Shown: positions 28,808 through 38,713 of the stretch, in pieces | How the letters are laid out: each line of letters starts with the position of its first letter | How positions within the stretch are numbered: the stretch's first letter is position 1 | NCBI GenBank assembly: GCA_963804645.1 | Contig: CAWDRG010000009.1 | Coordinates: 576,001-640,000, forward strand | Reading direction: 5' to 3' | Length of the DNA: 64,000 nucleotides | Source of the DNA: an uncultured Bacillota bacterium | Lineage (GTDB): Bacteria > Sysuimicrobiota > Sysuimicrobiia > Sysuimicrobiales > Segetimicrobiaceae | The notes under the pieces: model-generated | What the model saw: only the letters and a program-made list of their open reading frames with translations | Databases searched by the model: none | Told to the model about the DNA's origin: nothing | Made by a program: the position numbers and the translations under genes

Positions 28808-29524
28808 GTGATGCCGACGACGCCTGTGCTGCCGACCCTGACCGTGCAGCGGCTGACCGACACGGTCTACCGCACGCTGAAAGAGCAGATCCTTGCCCGG
28901 ACGTTTCTTCCCGGCCACCGGCTCAAGGTGGACGAGCTCGCCGAGCAGCTGGGCGTGAGCCGGACGCCTCTCAAGGACGCGCTGAACCTGCTCGCGTCCG
29001 AAGGGTTGGTCGAGATCGTGCCGAGGCGGGGCACCTTCGTCAGCGACGTGTCCGCCGCCGACATCGCCGAGGTCTTCGAGATCAGACGCGCGCTCGAACT
29101 GCTCGCGGCGGAGACGCTCGCCGAGCGCATCACGCCGGACCAGCTGGCCGCGCTCCGCGCGGAGCTGAACGCCCTGCCGCGGGCCGGCGACCACGCGGAC
29201 GCCTTCGAGCACATGCGGCGAAATCTCGCGTTCCATCAGCGCTTCGTGGAGCTGGCCGGCAACCGCCGGCTGATCGAGCTGTACGAGGAGCTGCGCGCCC
29301 ACATCCAGATCGGCCGCGTGCACGCGCGGCGCACCGATTGGCGTGCGCGCCTGCGCCAGGAGCAGGTGGAGCACGAGGAGATTCTCGCCGCGCTTGCGGC
29401 GCGCGACGCGGCGCGCCTGCGCGCGGCGGTGGACTCGCACATCAAGCGGGCCAAGGCCTCGCTGATCCGGGATCTCGAATCCGGCGCGGCTCCGCGGCCC
29501 GGCGGCGCGCGCGTCAGCCGCTGA
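28808..29524 (+). CDS. GntR family (FCD domain) transcriptional regulator
   Basis: wHTH 'LAEQLGVSRTPLKDAL..L..EGLV...PRRG'; FCD 'NLAFH...EH..IL..L...D...H'. Confidence 0.93.
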   Translation: MMPTTPVLPTLTVQRLTDTVYRTLKEQILARTFLPGHRLKVDELAEQLGVSRTPLKDALNLLASEGLVEIVPRRGTFVSDVSAADIAEVFEIRRALELLAAETLAERITPDQLAALRAELNALPRAGDHADAFEHMRRNLAFHQRFVELAGNRRLIELYEELRAHIQIGRVHARRTDWRARLRQEQVEHEEILAALAARDAARLRAAVDSHIKRAKASLIRDLESGAAPRPGGARVSR

Positions 29525-29550
29525 CACGGCGCCGGGTGCCGGCGGCCGCC

Positions 29551-29928
29551 TCAGAGTCTGGCGCAGATCGCGTAGACCACCACGCCCCAGGAATCGCCTT
29601 TCGTGCGGTCGATGCCGGTGGCCTGCCATCCGTTGGCGCCGTTGGGCTCACTCTCGATGAGGATGCCGTGCGGGTCCGTCACGAAACTGCTGCCCACCTG
29701 ATAGCCGACCACGGCGCCGCCGCCCAGCAGGTCTTTCCCGGCGGGGCAGGTTGCACCGACTGTTTTCATACTGGTGCTGAGCGATTCACCGGTCGCCGCG
29801 CGGACGGTCTGGTACCCCGGACTGGGCGAGGCCGAGACACGAGCGAGCGTCGCGTTCAACAGCACGGCGGCGCATAGGACCGCCAGGAATCCGACTATGT
29901 AGGTGCCTGTTCCGAGATACTTCCGCAT
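29551..29928 (-). CDS. Small secreted hypothetical protein
   Basis: N-terminal hydrophobic signal; 'ATCPAGKDLLGGG...NGWQAT...VYAICA' two-Cys beta domain. RBS GGAGG upstream. Confidence 0.7.
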   Translation of the reverse strand: MRKYLGTGTYIVGFLAVLCAAVLLNATLARVSASPSPGYQTVRAATGESLSTSMKTVGATCPAGKDLLGGGAVVGYQVGSSFVTDPHGILIESEPNGANGWQATGIDRTKGDSWGVVVYAICARL

Positions 29929-30024
29929 GGGTCCGCCTCCCTCGTCTGACCCGGAGCGTCCCGGGCCGTGCGCTCGCCACTCGGCTGTCCTATCGCTGTG
30001 CCGCCTCCTCGGGGGCGCGCCGTT

Positions 30025-30927
30025 TCAGTGGAGCCGCGGGTCCAGGGCGTCCCGCAGCCCGTCCCCGAGCACGTTCACGGCCATCACGCTGAGAAAGATC
30101 GCGATGCCGGGGATCGTCGAGACCCACCACGCCTGCTGTAAGTAGGACCGGCCCTCCGAGACCATGGCGCCCCATTCGGCCGTGGGAGGCTGCACCCCGA
30201 GTCCGAGGAAGCTGAGCCCCACGCCGGCCAGGACCGCCGTGCCCAGCCGCAGCGTCAGCAGCACCACGATCGGCGCGAGCACGTTCGGCAGGATGTGCGT
30301 TCTGATGATGCGTCCCTCGCTTCCTCCGACGGCCCGCGCCACCTCGACGTACGCTTCCTCTTTCACCGGCAGCACCGACCCGCGCACGAGGCGGCAGACG
30401 CCGGGTATCCCAGAGACGCCGATCGCGAGCATGACGTTTTGGAGGCCCGGGCCGAGCACCGCGACGATCGCGATCGCCAGCAGCAGGTCCGGAAACGCGA
30501 GCCACACGTCGACGACGCGCATGATGACGTCGTCCAGCCGGCCGCCGTAGTAGCCGGCCGCGACGCCGAGCGGCACGCCCGCGGCAAACGACAGGATCAC
30601 CGCGATCGTGCCGACGGTGAGCGAGATGCGCCCGCCGTACACGAGCCGGCTCAGGAGATCGCGCCCGAACGAATCCGTCCCGAGCGGAAACGCCGCGGAC
30701 GGCGGGCGCAGGCTGGCGTTGAAGTGCGGCTCGTTCGGATCGTACCGCGCGATGTATGGGGCCAGGACCGCGCAGAGGAGCAGCGCGCCGATCACCGCCG
30801 CGCCGACCATCGCGCCCCGGTGCCGGGCGACCCGGCGGAGGCCGATCGCGCCGTGCGACAGCGCGCGGACCGGCCGGCCGGCGCCGGCGGGGTCAGACGT
30901 ACCGGATGCGCGGGTCGACGAGAGCAT
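30025..30927 (-). CDS. Peptide/nickel-type ABC transporter permease (DppC-like)
   Basis: 'LGTDSFGRDLLSR', 'YVEVARAVG', 'LSFLGLG.QPP..EWG', 'GDGLRDALDP'. Start uncertain. Confidence 0.92.
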   Translation of the reverse strand: MLSSTRASGTSDPAGAGRPVRALSHGAIGLRRVARHRGAMVGAAVIGALLLCAVLAPYIARYDPNEPHFNASLRPPSAAFPLGTDSFGRDLLSRLVYGGRISLTVGTIAVILSFAAGVPLGVAAGYYGGRLDDVIMRVVDVWLAFPDLLLAIAIVAVLGPGLQNVMLAIGVSGIPGVCRLVRGSVLPVKEEAYVEVARAVGGSEGRIIRTHILPNVLAPIVVLLTLRLGTAVLAGVGLSFLGLGVQPPTAEWGAMVSEGRSYLQQAWWVSTIPGIAIFLSVMAVNVLGDGLRDALDPRLH

Positions 30928-31813
30928 AGAGGAGATCCACGCAGAGGTTGACGCCCACGAAGATCGCGGCGGCGACGAGCACGACGCCCTGGATCACCGG
31001 GATGTCCCGGTTGAGGATCGCGTCCACCGCGAGGCGGCCGAGTCCGGGCCACCCGAAGACCAATTCGACGATGACCGCGCCGCCGAGGAGCCCGGCGAAC
31101 TGCAGCCCGACGATCGACAGCAGCGGGATCAAGGCGTTCCGCAGGCCGTGCCGGTACAGGACCCGCAGCTCCCCGGCCCCCTTGGCCCGCGCCGTGCGAA
31201 TGAACTCCTGCCGCAGCACCTCCAGCAGGCTGCTGCGGCACAGGCGCGCGATGATCGAGGCCGCGCCGGCGCCGAGCGTGACGGCGGGGAGGATCAGGCT
31301 GCCCGGAGTGTCGGCGCCCGCGGGCGGGAACCAGCGCAGGTAGTAGGAAAAGATCAGGATCAGCACCAGCCCGAACCAGAAGCTCGGGAGCGAGATCCCG
31401 GCGAGCGCCGTCATGGTCGCGGCGTAGTCGAGGAAGCGCCGGTGGTGGATGGCGGCGAGCGTGCCGAGCGCGAGGCCGAGCACGATCGCGACGGCCATGC
31501 TGGCCGCCGTGAGCCGCAGCGTGTAGGGGAGGCGGAGCACGATCTCGGCCGCGACCGGACGCCCGGTGCGGATGGACCGCCCCATGTCGCCGTGGACGAG
31601 CCGCCACAGGAAGATCCCGTACTGTACCGGGAGCGGCCGGTCGAGCCCGAGCGTGTGCCGGAGCTCCGCGGCCTGTTCGGCGGACCCGTAGTCCTGGAGC
31701 ATCACCTGCACCGGGTCGCCGGGCACCAGGTGGATCATCAGAAACACGAGGATCGAGATGCTCAGCAGCACCGGGACGAGCGTCAGGAGCCGCTGGGCGA
31801 TGTACCGGTGCAC
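30893..31813 (-). CDS. Peptide/nickel-type ABC transporter permease (DppB-like)
   Basis: 'LVPGDP', 'GLDRPLPVQY', 'FIRTARAKG', 'DLLYALVDPRIR'. GTG start at 31813. Confidence 0.92.
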   Translation of the reverse strand: MHRYIAQRLLTLVPVLLSISILVFLMIHLVPGDPVQVMLQDYGSAEQAAELRHTLGLDRPLPVQYGIFLWRLVHGDMGRSIRTGRPVAAEIVLRLPYTLRLTAASMAVAIVLGLALGTLAAIHHRRFLDYAATMTALAGISLPSFWFGLVLILIFSYYLRWFPPAGADTPGSLILPAVTLGAGAASIIARLCRSSLLEVLRQEFIRTARAKGAGELRVLYRHGLRNALIPLLSIVGLQFAGLLGGAVIVELVFGWPGLGRLAVDAILNRDIPVIQGVVLVAAAIFVGVNLCVDLLYALVDPRIRYV

Positions 31814-31821
31814 GGCGGCCG

Positions 31822-33393
31822 CTACTTCTGGATGTACGTGTCGTTCGTGAGCAGATCCCCGTACTTGTCCTCGTAGAAGTCGTGGACCCACGGCTGCGCG
31901 AGCGTGATCGTATAGGGGCTCGCGAGCGGAATCCACGGCGCCTGCTGGAGGAGGAGCTCCTGGAGCTGCCGGTACACCGCCATTCGCTGCGCGGGGTCCA
32001 CGGTCGTGCGGCCCGCGTCCAGCAGGCGGTCGACCTCCGGGTTGGCAAAGTGCACCCGGTTCGTGCTGGACATGCGGCCGCTGTTAAAGAAGTAGTACAG
32101 GATGTCGGCGTCGGGCCAGCCGTAGCTGATGAGGAGTGCGTCCTGCGCGCCCGAGGCGGTGCGCGCGAGCAGCGCGGCGGGGTCCATCTGCTCGATGCTC
32201 ATGCGCACGCCGACCTTCTGGAGTTCGGTCTGGATGACGACGGCGATCCTGACGTTCGTCTCGAGCGCGTACGTCCACACCGAGAACGCCAGCGGCTGAC
32301 CGTCCTTCTGGAGCACGCCGCCGGGGCCCGGCTTCCATCCCGCTTCCGCGAGCAGCTGGCGCGCGCGGTCGGGGTCGTAGTGGTACGCGTTCTTGAGCCC
32401 CTTCGCGTATCCCCAGATCGTGGGCGCGAGCGGGCTGTCCATCGGGACGGCGAGCTTGTTGAGGGCGTAGTCCACGACCTCGTCCCGGTTGATCGCCCAG
32501 CCGAGCGCCTGCCGCACCCGGACGTCGGAGAAGATCGGCTTGGTGACGTTCAGGCCGAGGTACAGACCGCCGTCCGTCGGGGTGCGGATCACCTGATACT
32601 TTCCGCTCGCGATCAGCTGCGGCGCCTGGTCCGCCGGCGCGGCCGGCAGGATGTCGAGGTCGCCGCGCTGGAACGCGATCACCCGCGTCGATTCGTCGGG
32701 GATGATGCGCGTGACGACCGAATCGACGTAGGGCGCCCCGCGGTTCTTATAGAACTTCGGCGCCCACGCGTAGTCGGGATCGCGGTCGAGCACGATGCGG
32801 TCGCCCGGGATCCACTGCCGGAACTTGTACGGGCCCGCTCCCACCGGGTTCTGCCCGTAGTTCGGGCCGAGCTTGGCGATGGCCGCCGGGGAGAGCATGC
32901 CGAGGAAGACGATGCGCAGCGACGAGAAGATCGGGGCGTAGGGCTGCTTGAAGACGAACCGGGCCGTGAGGTCGTCGGGGGTCTCCACCCGGTCGATCGG
33001 GCCGATCCAGCTGGCGCCCGGCGCGCCCGTCTGCGGGTCGATCAACCGCTCGATCGTGGCGCGCACGGCCTGCGCGTTGAACGGCGTCCCGTCGTGAAAC
33101 TTCACCCCGGGATGCAGCTTGAACGTGATCACGAGGCCGTTCTGCGAGATCGTCCACGAATCGGCCAGGTCCGCGACGAAATCGCCGGTGCTCTTGTCGG
33201 CGGTGACAAGCTCATCGTACAGCAGCGCGTGGATGAACGACCCCGAGGGCGTCTTGTGCGGATCGAGCGACGGCGGATCGGAGTCGGTCACGAGGTTCAG
33301 GGTCCCGCCCCGGACCGGCGCCCCCACCCCGGGCGCGGCCGCGGCGAGGGCCAGGACAAGCACGAGCAGGCAAGCCAGACGCATGCGCAGCAC
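31822..33393 (-). CDS. Family 5 ABC substrate-binding protein
   Basis: Signal peptide; 'LADSW.IS', 'GVKFHDGTPFNA..V', 'PVGAGPYK', 'VRQAL..AINR'. GAGGAGG RBS supports GTG at 33393. Confidence 0.92.
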   Translation of the reverse strand: MLRMRLACLLVLVLALAAAAPGVGAPVRGGTLNLVTDSDPPSLDPHKTPSGSFIHALLYDELVTADKSTGDFVADLADSWTISQNGLVITFKLHPGVKFHDGTPFNAQAVRATIERLIDPQTGAPGASWIGPIDRVETPDDLTARFVFKQPYAPIFSSLRIVFLGMLSPAAIAKLGPNYGQNPVGAGPYKFRQWIPGDRIVLDRDPDYAWAPKFYKNRGAPYVDSVVTRIIPDESTRVIAFQRGDLDILPAAPADQAPQLIASGKYQVIRTPTDGGLYLGLNVTKPIFSDVRVRQALGWAINRDEVVDYALNKLAVPMDSPLAPTIWGYAKGLKNAYHYDPDRARQLLAEAGWKPGPGGVLQKDGQPLAFSVWTYALETNVRIAVVIQTELQKVGVRMSIEQMDPAALLARTASGAQDALLISYGWPDADILYYFFNSGRMSSTNRVHFANPEVDRLLDAGRTTVDPAQRMAVYRQLQELLLQQAPWIPLASPYTITLAQPWVHDFYEDKYGDLLTNDTYIQK

Positions 33394-33532
33394 GGTGACG
33401 TCCTCCTCGATCGGCCGCGGCATCACTCGCATGGATCCCGGCGCGGCACGACACTGCCCACGCCGGACTTCTGTGACGCCGTCCTATCCCCTGCGTTGCG
33501 TCACGACGCCAGCCCCGGATGCGAGCCCGCCG

Positions 33533-34813
33533 TCATGAGTCGGCGGTTGCGCCGCGCTGAAGGCTCCGTCCATCCATCCCGGGGGCCGGGAGATCGAGGT
33601 GATGCAGGACAGTCGGCGCGATGTCGACGAGCGACGTGGGCTCGAGTCTGGTGGTGCCCGCCTCAAAGCCGGGGCCTTCGATCATCAGGAACGGCGACTG
33701 CTCGTACCGGGCGAGACCGCCGTGCTGACCATAGCCGAAGCGATCCGGCTTCCCTTCCCGGGGCTTGGCCGCAAGACTGGTGCCCGGTACCCCGTACTGA
33801 TTGGCGCCGTCGCTGGCCCGCATCGAGACGGCAAAGGCCAAGCCGTGTCGGGGCGCCTGGCCCACCTCGTGGAGTTCGTCCGCGGGGATGACGCGGCCGG
33901 CCCAGTCACAGCCGACGAGGAACGTGCGCAGTTCCGGCAGCCGCTCACGACGGCTGGGATGCACGTAGACGAGGGCAGCGGTCCCGTTGGCCGCCGAGAT
34001 GACGTCCCCGGACGCCGGACCGGCCTTGAGGCCGGCCTCGACGAGCTTCGCTTCCACGTCCACCACGCCCACGACCGTTTGATGGCCGTGGTCGGCGCCG
34101 GTGACGAGCAAGACGTCGTCGCCGGCCTCCCGGAGTTTGTCGACCGCGTCGATCACCCACCCGACATGTTCGTCGGTCTGCCGCAGGACCGCGAGGTGCT
34201 CGGGAGAGCCCAGCGCCGCGGCGTGCTGCGTCTTGTCCGGCTCATGCAGCCACAGGACGGCAAGCGCGGGCCGCCGCTCTATGAGGATCTCCGTGATGAA
34301 ACGGCGCGCAACCATCCGGTCGCCGGCGAGATCGGACGTGCTCCGCAGCGCGTCGGCGTCAGGGACCGGGATGCGCCCCGGCCCGAATGAGCCCGCGTGA
34401 TTGTACACGAACCCATATCCATCCGGGTCATGCACGTACGCGGCGCCGGGGGAGGCGTTGCTCATCGTGATCGCACCGCCGCGGTGCTGCACGCGCTCGG
34501 CCAGCGTGGGGACGCCGAGCGACGTCCCGGTGACGCGGCGCTTCTGCTGGAGGAAGTCCGGGCGCCCGGTGTCGTAGCGCACCAGGACACCGTCCTCCAG
34601 GAGTGCCAAGGAATTGCCCTGGAGTTCATGCCGCGCCGGCTGGCAACCGGTCGCGACGCTGGCCGACGCGACGCGCGTCGCGGAGGGGAACACCGAACGA
34701 TGCATCATGAACTGGACCGCACGGCGGCGAAACCCTGCGAGGCGCGGCGTGTACCCCTCGGTCACAAGATCTCGCCGCATCCCGTCCGTGATGACGACGA
34801 CCACGCGTTTCAT
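33533..34813 (-). CDS. Alkaline phosphatase superfamily (nucleotide pyrophosphatase/phosphodiesterase-type) enzyme
   Basis: 'VITDGMRRD', 'FPSATR' nucleophile motif, 'EPDKTQH', 'GADHGH', 'GQHGG', 'SLVDIAPT...MDGR'. Confidence 0.88.
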   Translation of the reverse strand: MKRVVVVITDGMRRDLVTEGYTPRLAGFRRRAVQFMMHRSVFPSATRVASASVATGCQPARHELQGNSLALLEDGVLVRYDTGRPDFLQQKRRVTGTSLGVPTLAERVQHRGGAITMSNASPGAAYVHDPDGYGFVYNHAGSFGPGRIPVPDADALRSTSDLAGDRMVARRFITEILIERRPALAVLWLHEPDKTQHAAALGSPEHLAVLRQTDEHVGWVIDAVDKLREAGDDVLLVTGADHGHQTVVGVVDVEAKLVEAGLKAGPASGDVISAANGTAALVYVHPSRRERLPELRTFLVGCDWAGRVIPADELHEVGQAPRHGLAFAVSMRASDGANQYGVPGTSLAAKPREGKPDRFGYGQHGGLARYEQSPFLMIEGPGFEAGTTRLEPTSLVDIAPTVLHHLDLPAPGMDGRSLQRGATADS

Positions 34814-34886
34814 CTCCCACCGGGTTCGACCTGCGGCCTCTCCGGGTCCTGCGCCGCGTCCCCGCGGACCCGGACGACCACCATTG

Positions 34887-34936
34887 GTTAATCGTCCCTT
34901 CACGCGCGCTGCGGCTCGCCATCACGCACGGTTAAC
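34887..34936 (+). promoter_or_regulatory. PHO-box-like 11-bp-phased direct repeats in the divergent promoter
   Basis: GTTAAT (34887), CTTCAC (34898), CATCAC (34920) and GTTAAC (34931) lie at exact multiples of 11 bp between two phosphoesterase genes. Confidence 0.6.
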
Positions 34937-35001
34937 ATGCCGTGCGTACCGTGTCCGTGAGCAGGCTCCACGCCCTGCGACGCCAACGAACGGGGGGCCA
35001 C

Positions 35002-36459
35002 GTGCGTAGACTAGCGGCGGTCGGCGTCATCGCGATCCTGGCCTTACTGGTGGGCGCGCCCACCAGCGCGGCGGTGCCTGATCTTCAGACGGCGACGCCA
35101 ATCAAGCACCTCGTCGTCATCTTTGACGAAAACAACTCATTCGACCATTACTTCGGCACCTATCCGAAGGCGGACAATCCGCCGGGCGAGCCGCCGTTTG
35201 TAGCCCGGCCCGACACTCCGGCGGTCAATGGACTCACACCGGGCCTGCTGACGCACAATCCCAACGCGGCGGCGCCGTTTCGACTGGGCCGCTCCATGGC
35301 GCACACCTGCGACAACGACAACCACTACCGGGACGAGCAGCAGGCCTACAACGCCGGGCTCCTCGACGGGTTCACCGCACTGAGCGCGCAGGATACCGGG
35401 TGCACGCCGAATCTGTCGATGGGTTACTACGACGGCAACACGGTCACCGCGCTGTGGAACTACGCGCAGCGCTTCGCGATGAGCGACAACTTTTTCGCGT
35501 CCACGTTCGGGACGACGACCATGGGGCACCTGAACCTCGTCGCGGGACAGACGCACGGCGCGGTCCCGGCCTCGATCCCGAACGCGGTCGTGAACGGCTC
35601 GGTGATCGGAAACGTCAACCCCGCCCAGGACGACTGCGCGACCGGCGCCACGGTCGTGATGAACAACCGGACGATCGGCGATCTCTTGAGCGCGCGCGGG
35701 ATTTCGTGGGGCTGGTTCTACAACGGATGGGCTGCGACCGGCGTCCGCGACGGCAAGGCGGTGTGCCGCGCCGATTACAACTCGCACTTTGTGCCGTTCC
35801 AGTACTACGCCTCGACCGCGAACCCCCATCATCTGCCGCCCTCCGCAGTTGGTGCGATCGGACAGACCGACCAGGCCAACCATCAGTACGATGTTACGGA
35901 TTTCTGGCGCGCCGCCGCACAGGGAGCCCTGCCGGCGGTGAGCTTTCTCAAGGCGCAGGTCAACGAAACCGGTCACCCAGATGACTCAACCCCGCTCGCC
36001 GAGCAGCGGTTTCTGGTCGACACCCTGAACCGCCTGCAGCGGACCAGCGCATGGGCCTCCATGGCGGTCCTGATCACCTACGACGATTCCGACGGCTGGT
36101 ACGACCACGTCATGCCGCCGATCATGAGCCGCTCGAACGACCCCGCTCAGGACGCGCTGTTCGGCCCCCAGAAGCTGTGCGGGACGCCGCCGGCCGGCGC
36201 CTACCTGGACCGGTGCGGCTACGGTCCGCGCCTGCCGCTTCTGGTGATTTCGCCGTTTGCGCGGAGCAACTACGTCGGGCACACGATGGCGGACGTCGGG
36301 TCGATTCTGCGGCTGATCGAAGACAACTGGGGTCTCGGCCGCCTCGGCGACCAGTCGTTCGACGCGATCGCCGGATCGCTCCTCGACCTGTTCCGCTTCG
36401 GCGGTCCGAGCACCGCGCGGCTGTTCCTCGATCCGGACACCGGAGAGCCGACTCCCTGA
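35002..36459 (+). CDS. Secreted phospholipase C/acid phosphatase (phosphoesterase family)
   Basis: Signal peptide; 'PIKHLVVIFDENNSFDHYFGTYP', 'FAMSDNFF', 'ITYDDSDGWYDHV', 'GPRLPLLVISPFA'. Confidence 0.92.
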   Translation: MRRLAAVGVIAILALLVGAPTSAAVPDLQTATPIKHLVVIFDENNSFDHYFGTYPKADNPPGEPPFVARPDTPAVNGLTPGLLTHNPNAAAPFRLGRSMAHTCDNDNHYRDEQQAYNAGLLDGFTALSAQDTGCTPNLSMGYYDGNTVTALWNYAQRFAMSDNFFASTFGTTTMGHLNLVAGQTHGAVPASIPNAVVNGSVIGNVNPAQDDCATGATVVMNNRTIGDLLSARGISWGWFYNGWAATGVRDGKAVCRADYNSHFVPFQYYASTANPHHLPPSAVGAIGQTDQANHQYDVTDFWRAAAQGALPAVSFLKAQVNETGHPDDSTPLAEQRFLVDTLNRLQRTSAWASMAVLITYDDSDGWYDHVMPPIMSRSNDPAQDALFGPQKLCGTPPAGAYLDRCGYGPRLPLLVISPFARSNYVGHTMADVGSILRLIEDNWGLGRLGDQSFDAIAGSLLDLFRFGGPSTARLFLDPDTGEPTP

Positions 36460-36564
36460 CCCGGACGACGCCGGCCGCGCGCGCCGCCCAGGAGCGCCCC
36501 GTCGTGCTTCCGAAGTAGCGGAAGCGTCGGTGCGCGCGCCGGTCGCGTGCACGGGGAGGGTCGC

Positions 36565-38310
36565 ATGACGGTGCTGCTGGATACACGGGTCCCGAGGACG
36601 CTCGATCACCTGCTGACTCAACTGACGGACGATGCGCTGCGCGGCGCGCGCGTGGAAGCCTGGCTCTTCGAGGGAGCGGCGCGGCGGCGGGCCGCCGAGC
36701 ATCGTCTCGCGGCCGCCGGCGTGCGCGCGCAGGTGCGCAGCGCCTATAAACCGCTGCTGCACTTTTTTCTCGAAGAGGTCGAGACCGCCGGGCTGCGGCA
36801 CGTGACGATCCGGTACCCCGTCTGCGAGCCGGCGGCCAGTGGCCGGTTCCTCGTCGAGGCCTATCCCCTCGCGCCGCTGCTGGCGGGCGTCGACACGCGG
36901 TTCGTCGCCGGCGGACCCGCCCTCTCCTATCACGTCGAGCTCGACTACCACGATGGCACGGCGGCCGCGCACGACGTCTTCGTGCCGAGCCGCGTCCGGG
37001 AGGACCATCTCGGCGAGCGCCGGCTGTCGCCGACCGGGTGGCTTCGAATCACGGGATCGCGAGGTGGGCGGCGCGACGTCGATGAGTCGCTCGAGACCGA
37101 CTATGAGACGATCTTTCGCACCATCATCGAGGCGATCCAGGCGCATCCGTGGGGGCCGCGAGAGCCCCAGTTCGACCAGTTGGTGATCAGGACAGAGATC
37201 CCCGGCGAGGAGCGGCGGCTGCCGTACTACGAAGAGTGCGTCAGCACGGGCGAGGCGATGCACGAAGACCTGTACTTTTCGGTGCTCGAGGTGTTCAAGC
37301 ACCGCGCCGGCCGCCCGGTCGACGACCGCAAGACACGGCCCGGACAGATCGTGCCCGACGTCCACTACACCGACGGCGAGCCGCGGGCGCGCGTCGCGCT
37401 CGAACCATTCGCCGTGGCCGAACCGGCGCTTCCCGCCGTTCCGCTCGAGACGGCCGCCCAGGCGCTGAGTCTCGAGCGGGCCCACGCGGAGCTGGCGGCG
37501 CTTGGCGGACGCCGATTCTCTGCGACCTCACGGCAGGGCCGCGCGGTGCCCGGGATCTACCGCGCCGGGACGCGCCCGGCGATCGTCGTGACCGCCGGCC
37601 AGCATGCGAATGAGACCTCCGGGGTCGTCGGGGCACTTCGAGCGGCGCGCAGGCTCGCCGAGGACCCCGGGGCGAATTTCGCGGTGATCCCGGTGGAGAA
37701 TCCGGACGGGTACGCGCTCCATCGGCAGCTGTGCGCGATCCATCCGCGGCACATGCACCACGCGGCCCGGTACACCGCGTTCGGCGACGACCTGCAATCG
37801 CGCACGGAGGAGCCGTGGCACGAGAAGGCCGCCCGGCTGGAGGCGTGCCGCCTGAGCGGCGCGACGCTGCACATCAACCTGCACGGGTATCCGGCGCACG
37901 AGTGGACCCGGCCGCTGACCGGCTACCTGCCGCGCGGCTTCGACGCCTTCGCGATCCCGAAGGGGTTCTATCTGATCGTGCGGCACCACCCGGACTGGGC
38001 CGACCGCGCCGTCCTGCTTCGGACCCGGCTCACGGAGCGGCTCGCGCGCATTCCCGAGCTCGTCGCGTTCAACCGGGCGCAGCTCGCGAGCTACCGCGCG
38101 CACGCGGGGGAACCGCCGTTTCCCGTCTACCACGACCTGCCGTGTCACACGGTCGAGGACGAGCGCGCCGCCACCCCGCTGCTGTTGATCACCGAGTTCC
38201 CGGACGAGACGATCTACGGTGATCTGTTTGCGCTCGCACACACGGTGCAGATGCACACCGTCCTCGCCGCGGAGGAGATCCACGCGGCGCTCGATCGCCC
38301 GGCGGGGTAG
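36565..38310 (+). CDS. Peptidase M14-like zinc carboxypeptidase/deacylase
   Basis: 'GQHANE' (HxxE), 'ENPDG', 'INLHGYP', 'ITEFPDE'. Confidence 0.85.
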   Translation: MTVLLDTRVPRTLDHLLTQLTDDALRGARVEAWLFEGAARRRAAEHRLAAAGVRAQVRSAYKPLLHFFLEEVETAGLRHVTIRYPVCEPAASGRFLVEAYPLAPLLAGVDTRFVAGGPALSYHVELDYHDGTAAAHDVFVPSRVREDHLGERRLSPTGWLRITGSRGGRRDVDESLETDYETIFRTIIEAIQAHPWGPREPQFDQLVIRTEIPGEERRLPYYEECVSTGEAMHEDLYFSVLEVFKHRAGRPVDDRKTRPGQIVPDVHYTDGEPRARVALEPFAVAEPALPAVPLETAAQALSLERAHAELAALGGRRFSATSRQGRAVPGIYRAGTRPAIVVTAGQHANETSGVVGALRAARRLAEDPGANFAVIPVENPDGYALHRQLCAIHPRHMHHAARYTAFGDDLQSRTEEPWHEKAARLEACRLSGATLHINLHGYPAHEWTRPLTGYLPRGFDAFAIPKGFYLIVRHHPDWADRAVLLRTRLTERLARIPELVAFNRAQLASYRAHAGEPPFPVYHDLPCHTVEDERAATPLLLITEFPDETIYGDLFALAHTVQMHTVLAAEEIHAALDRPAG

Positions 38311-38323
38311 CGCGGGCGCGGCG

Positions 38324-38713
38324 CTATTTCTCCAGCAGCGCCTTCATCGGCTGCCAGTAGGCGTGGGGCCATCCCTTTTTCTTCGCGCTGTAGTCCTTGT
38401 CGGGAACGCCGACCTGGGTGAACCGCAGGCGGGTGCCGCCGGGCACCTTGGTCAGCTCGTACGTCACCGTGGAATAGTGAAACTTCGGCCAGTTGGCGGA
38501 CCGCCAGAACTGGACGATCTTCTTCCCGGGCACGAGCTCGAGGTTGGCGCCGCTGAGGTAGCTGCCGTAGGCGGTGAAGGCGCCGCCGGGCTTGCGGCTG
38601 ATGCGCGCCGGGCGGCCGCTGAACTTGGCGTGCGTCCGCGAGTCCATCAACGCCTCGTAGACCGCGGTCGGGCTCGCCTTGATCGTGACGGTCTGGCGGA
38701 TCGTTTTCGGCAT
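38324..38713 (-). CDS. SRPBCC/AHSA1-like domain protein
   Basis: 'IKASPTAVYEALMD', 'LVPGKKIVQFWR', 'GTRLRFTQVGVP...GW...YW'. RBS GGAGG. Confidence 0.88.
   Translation of the reverse strand: MPKTIRQTVTIKASPTAVYEALMDSRTHAKFSGRPARISRKPGGAFTAYGSYLSGANLELVPGKKIVQFWRSANWPKFHYSTVTYELTKVPGGTRLRFTQVGVPDKDYSAKKKGWPHAYWQPMKALLEK

Noticed and set aside
33473..33504. Inverted repeat GTGACGC-N18-GCGTCAC upstream of the SBP gene
   Set aside because: Only 7 bp with a long spacer and no U-tract; not distinguishable from chance in GC-rich DNA.
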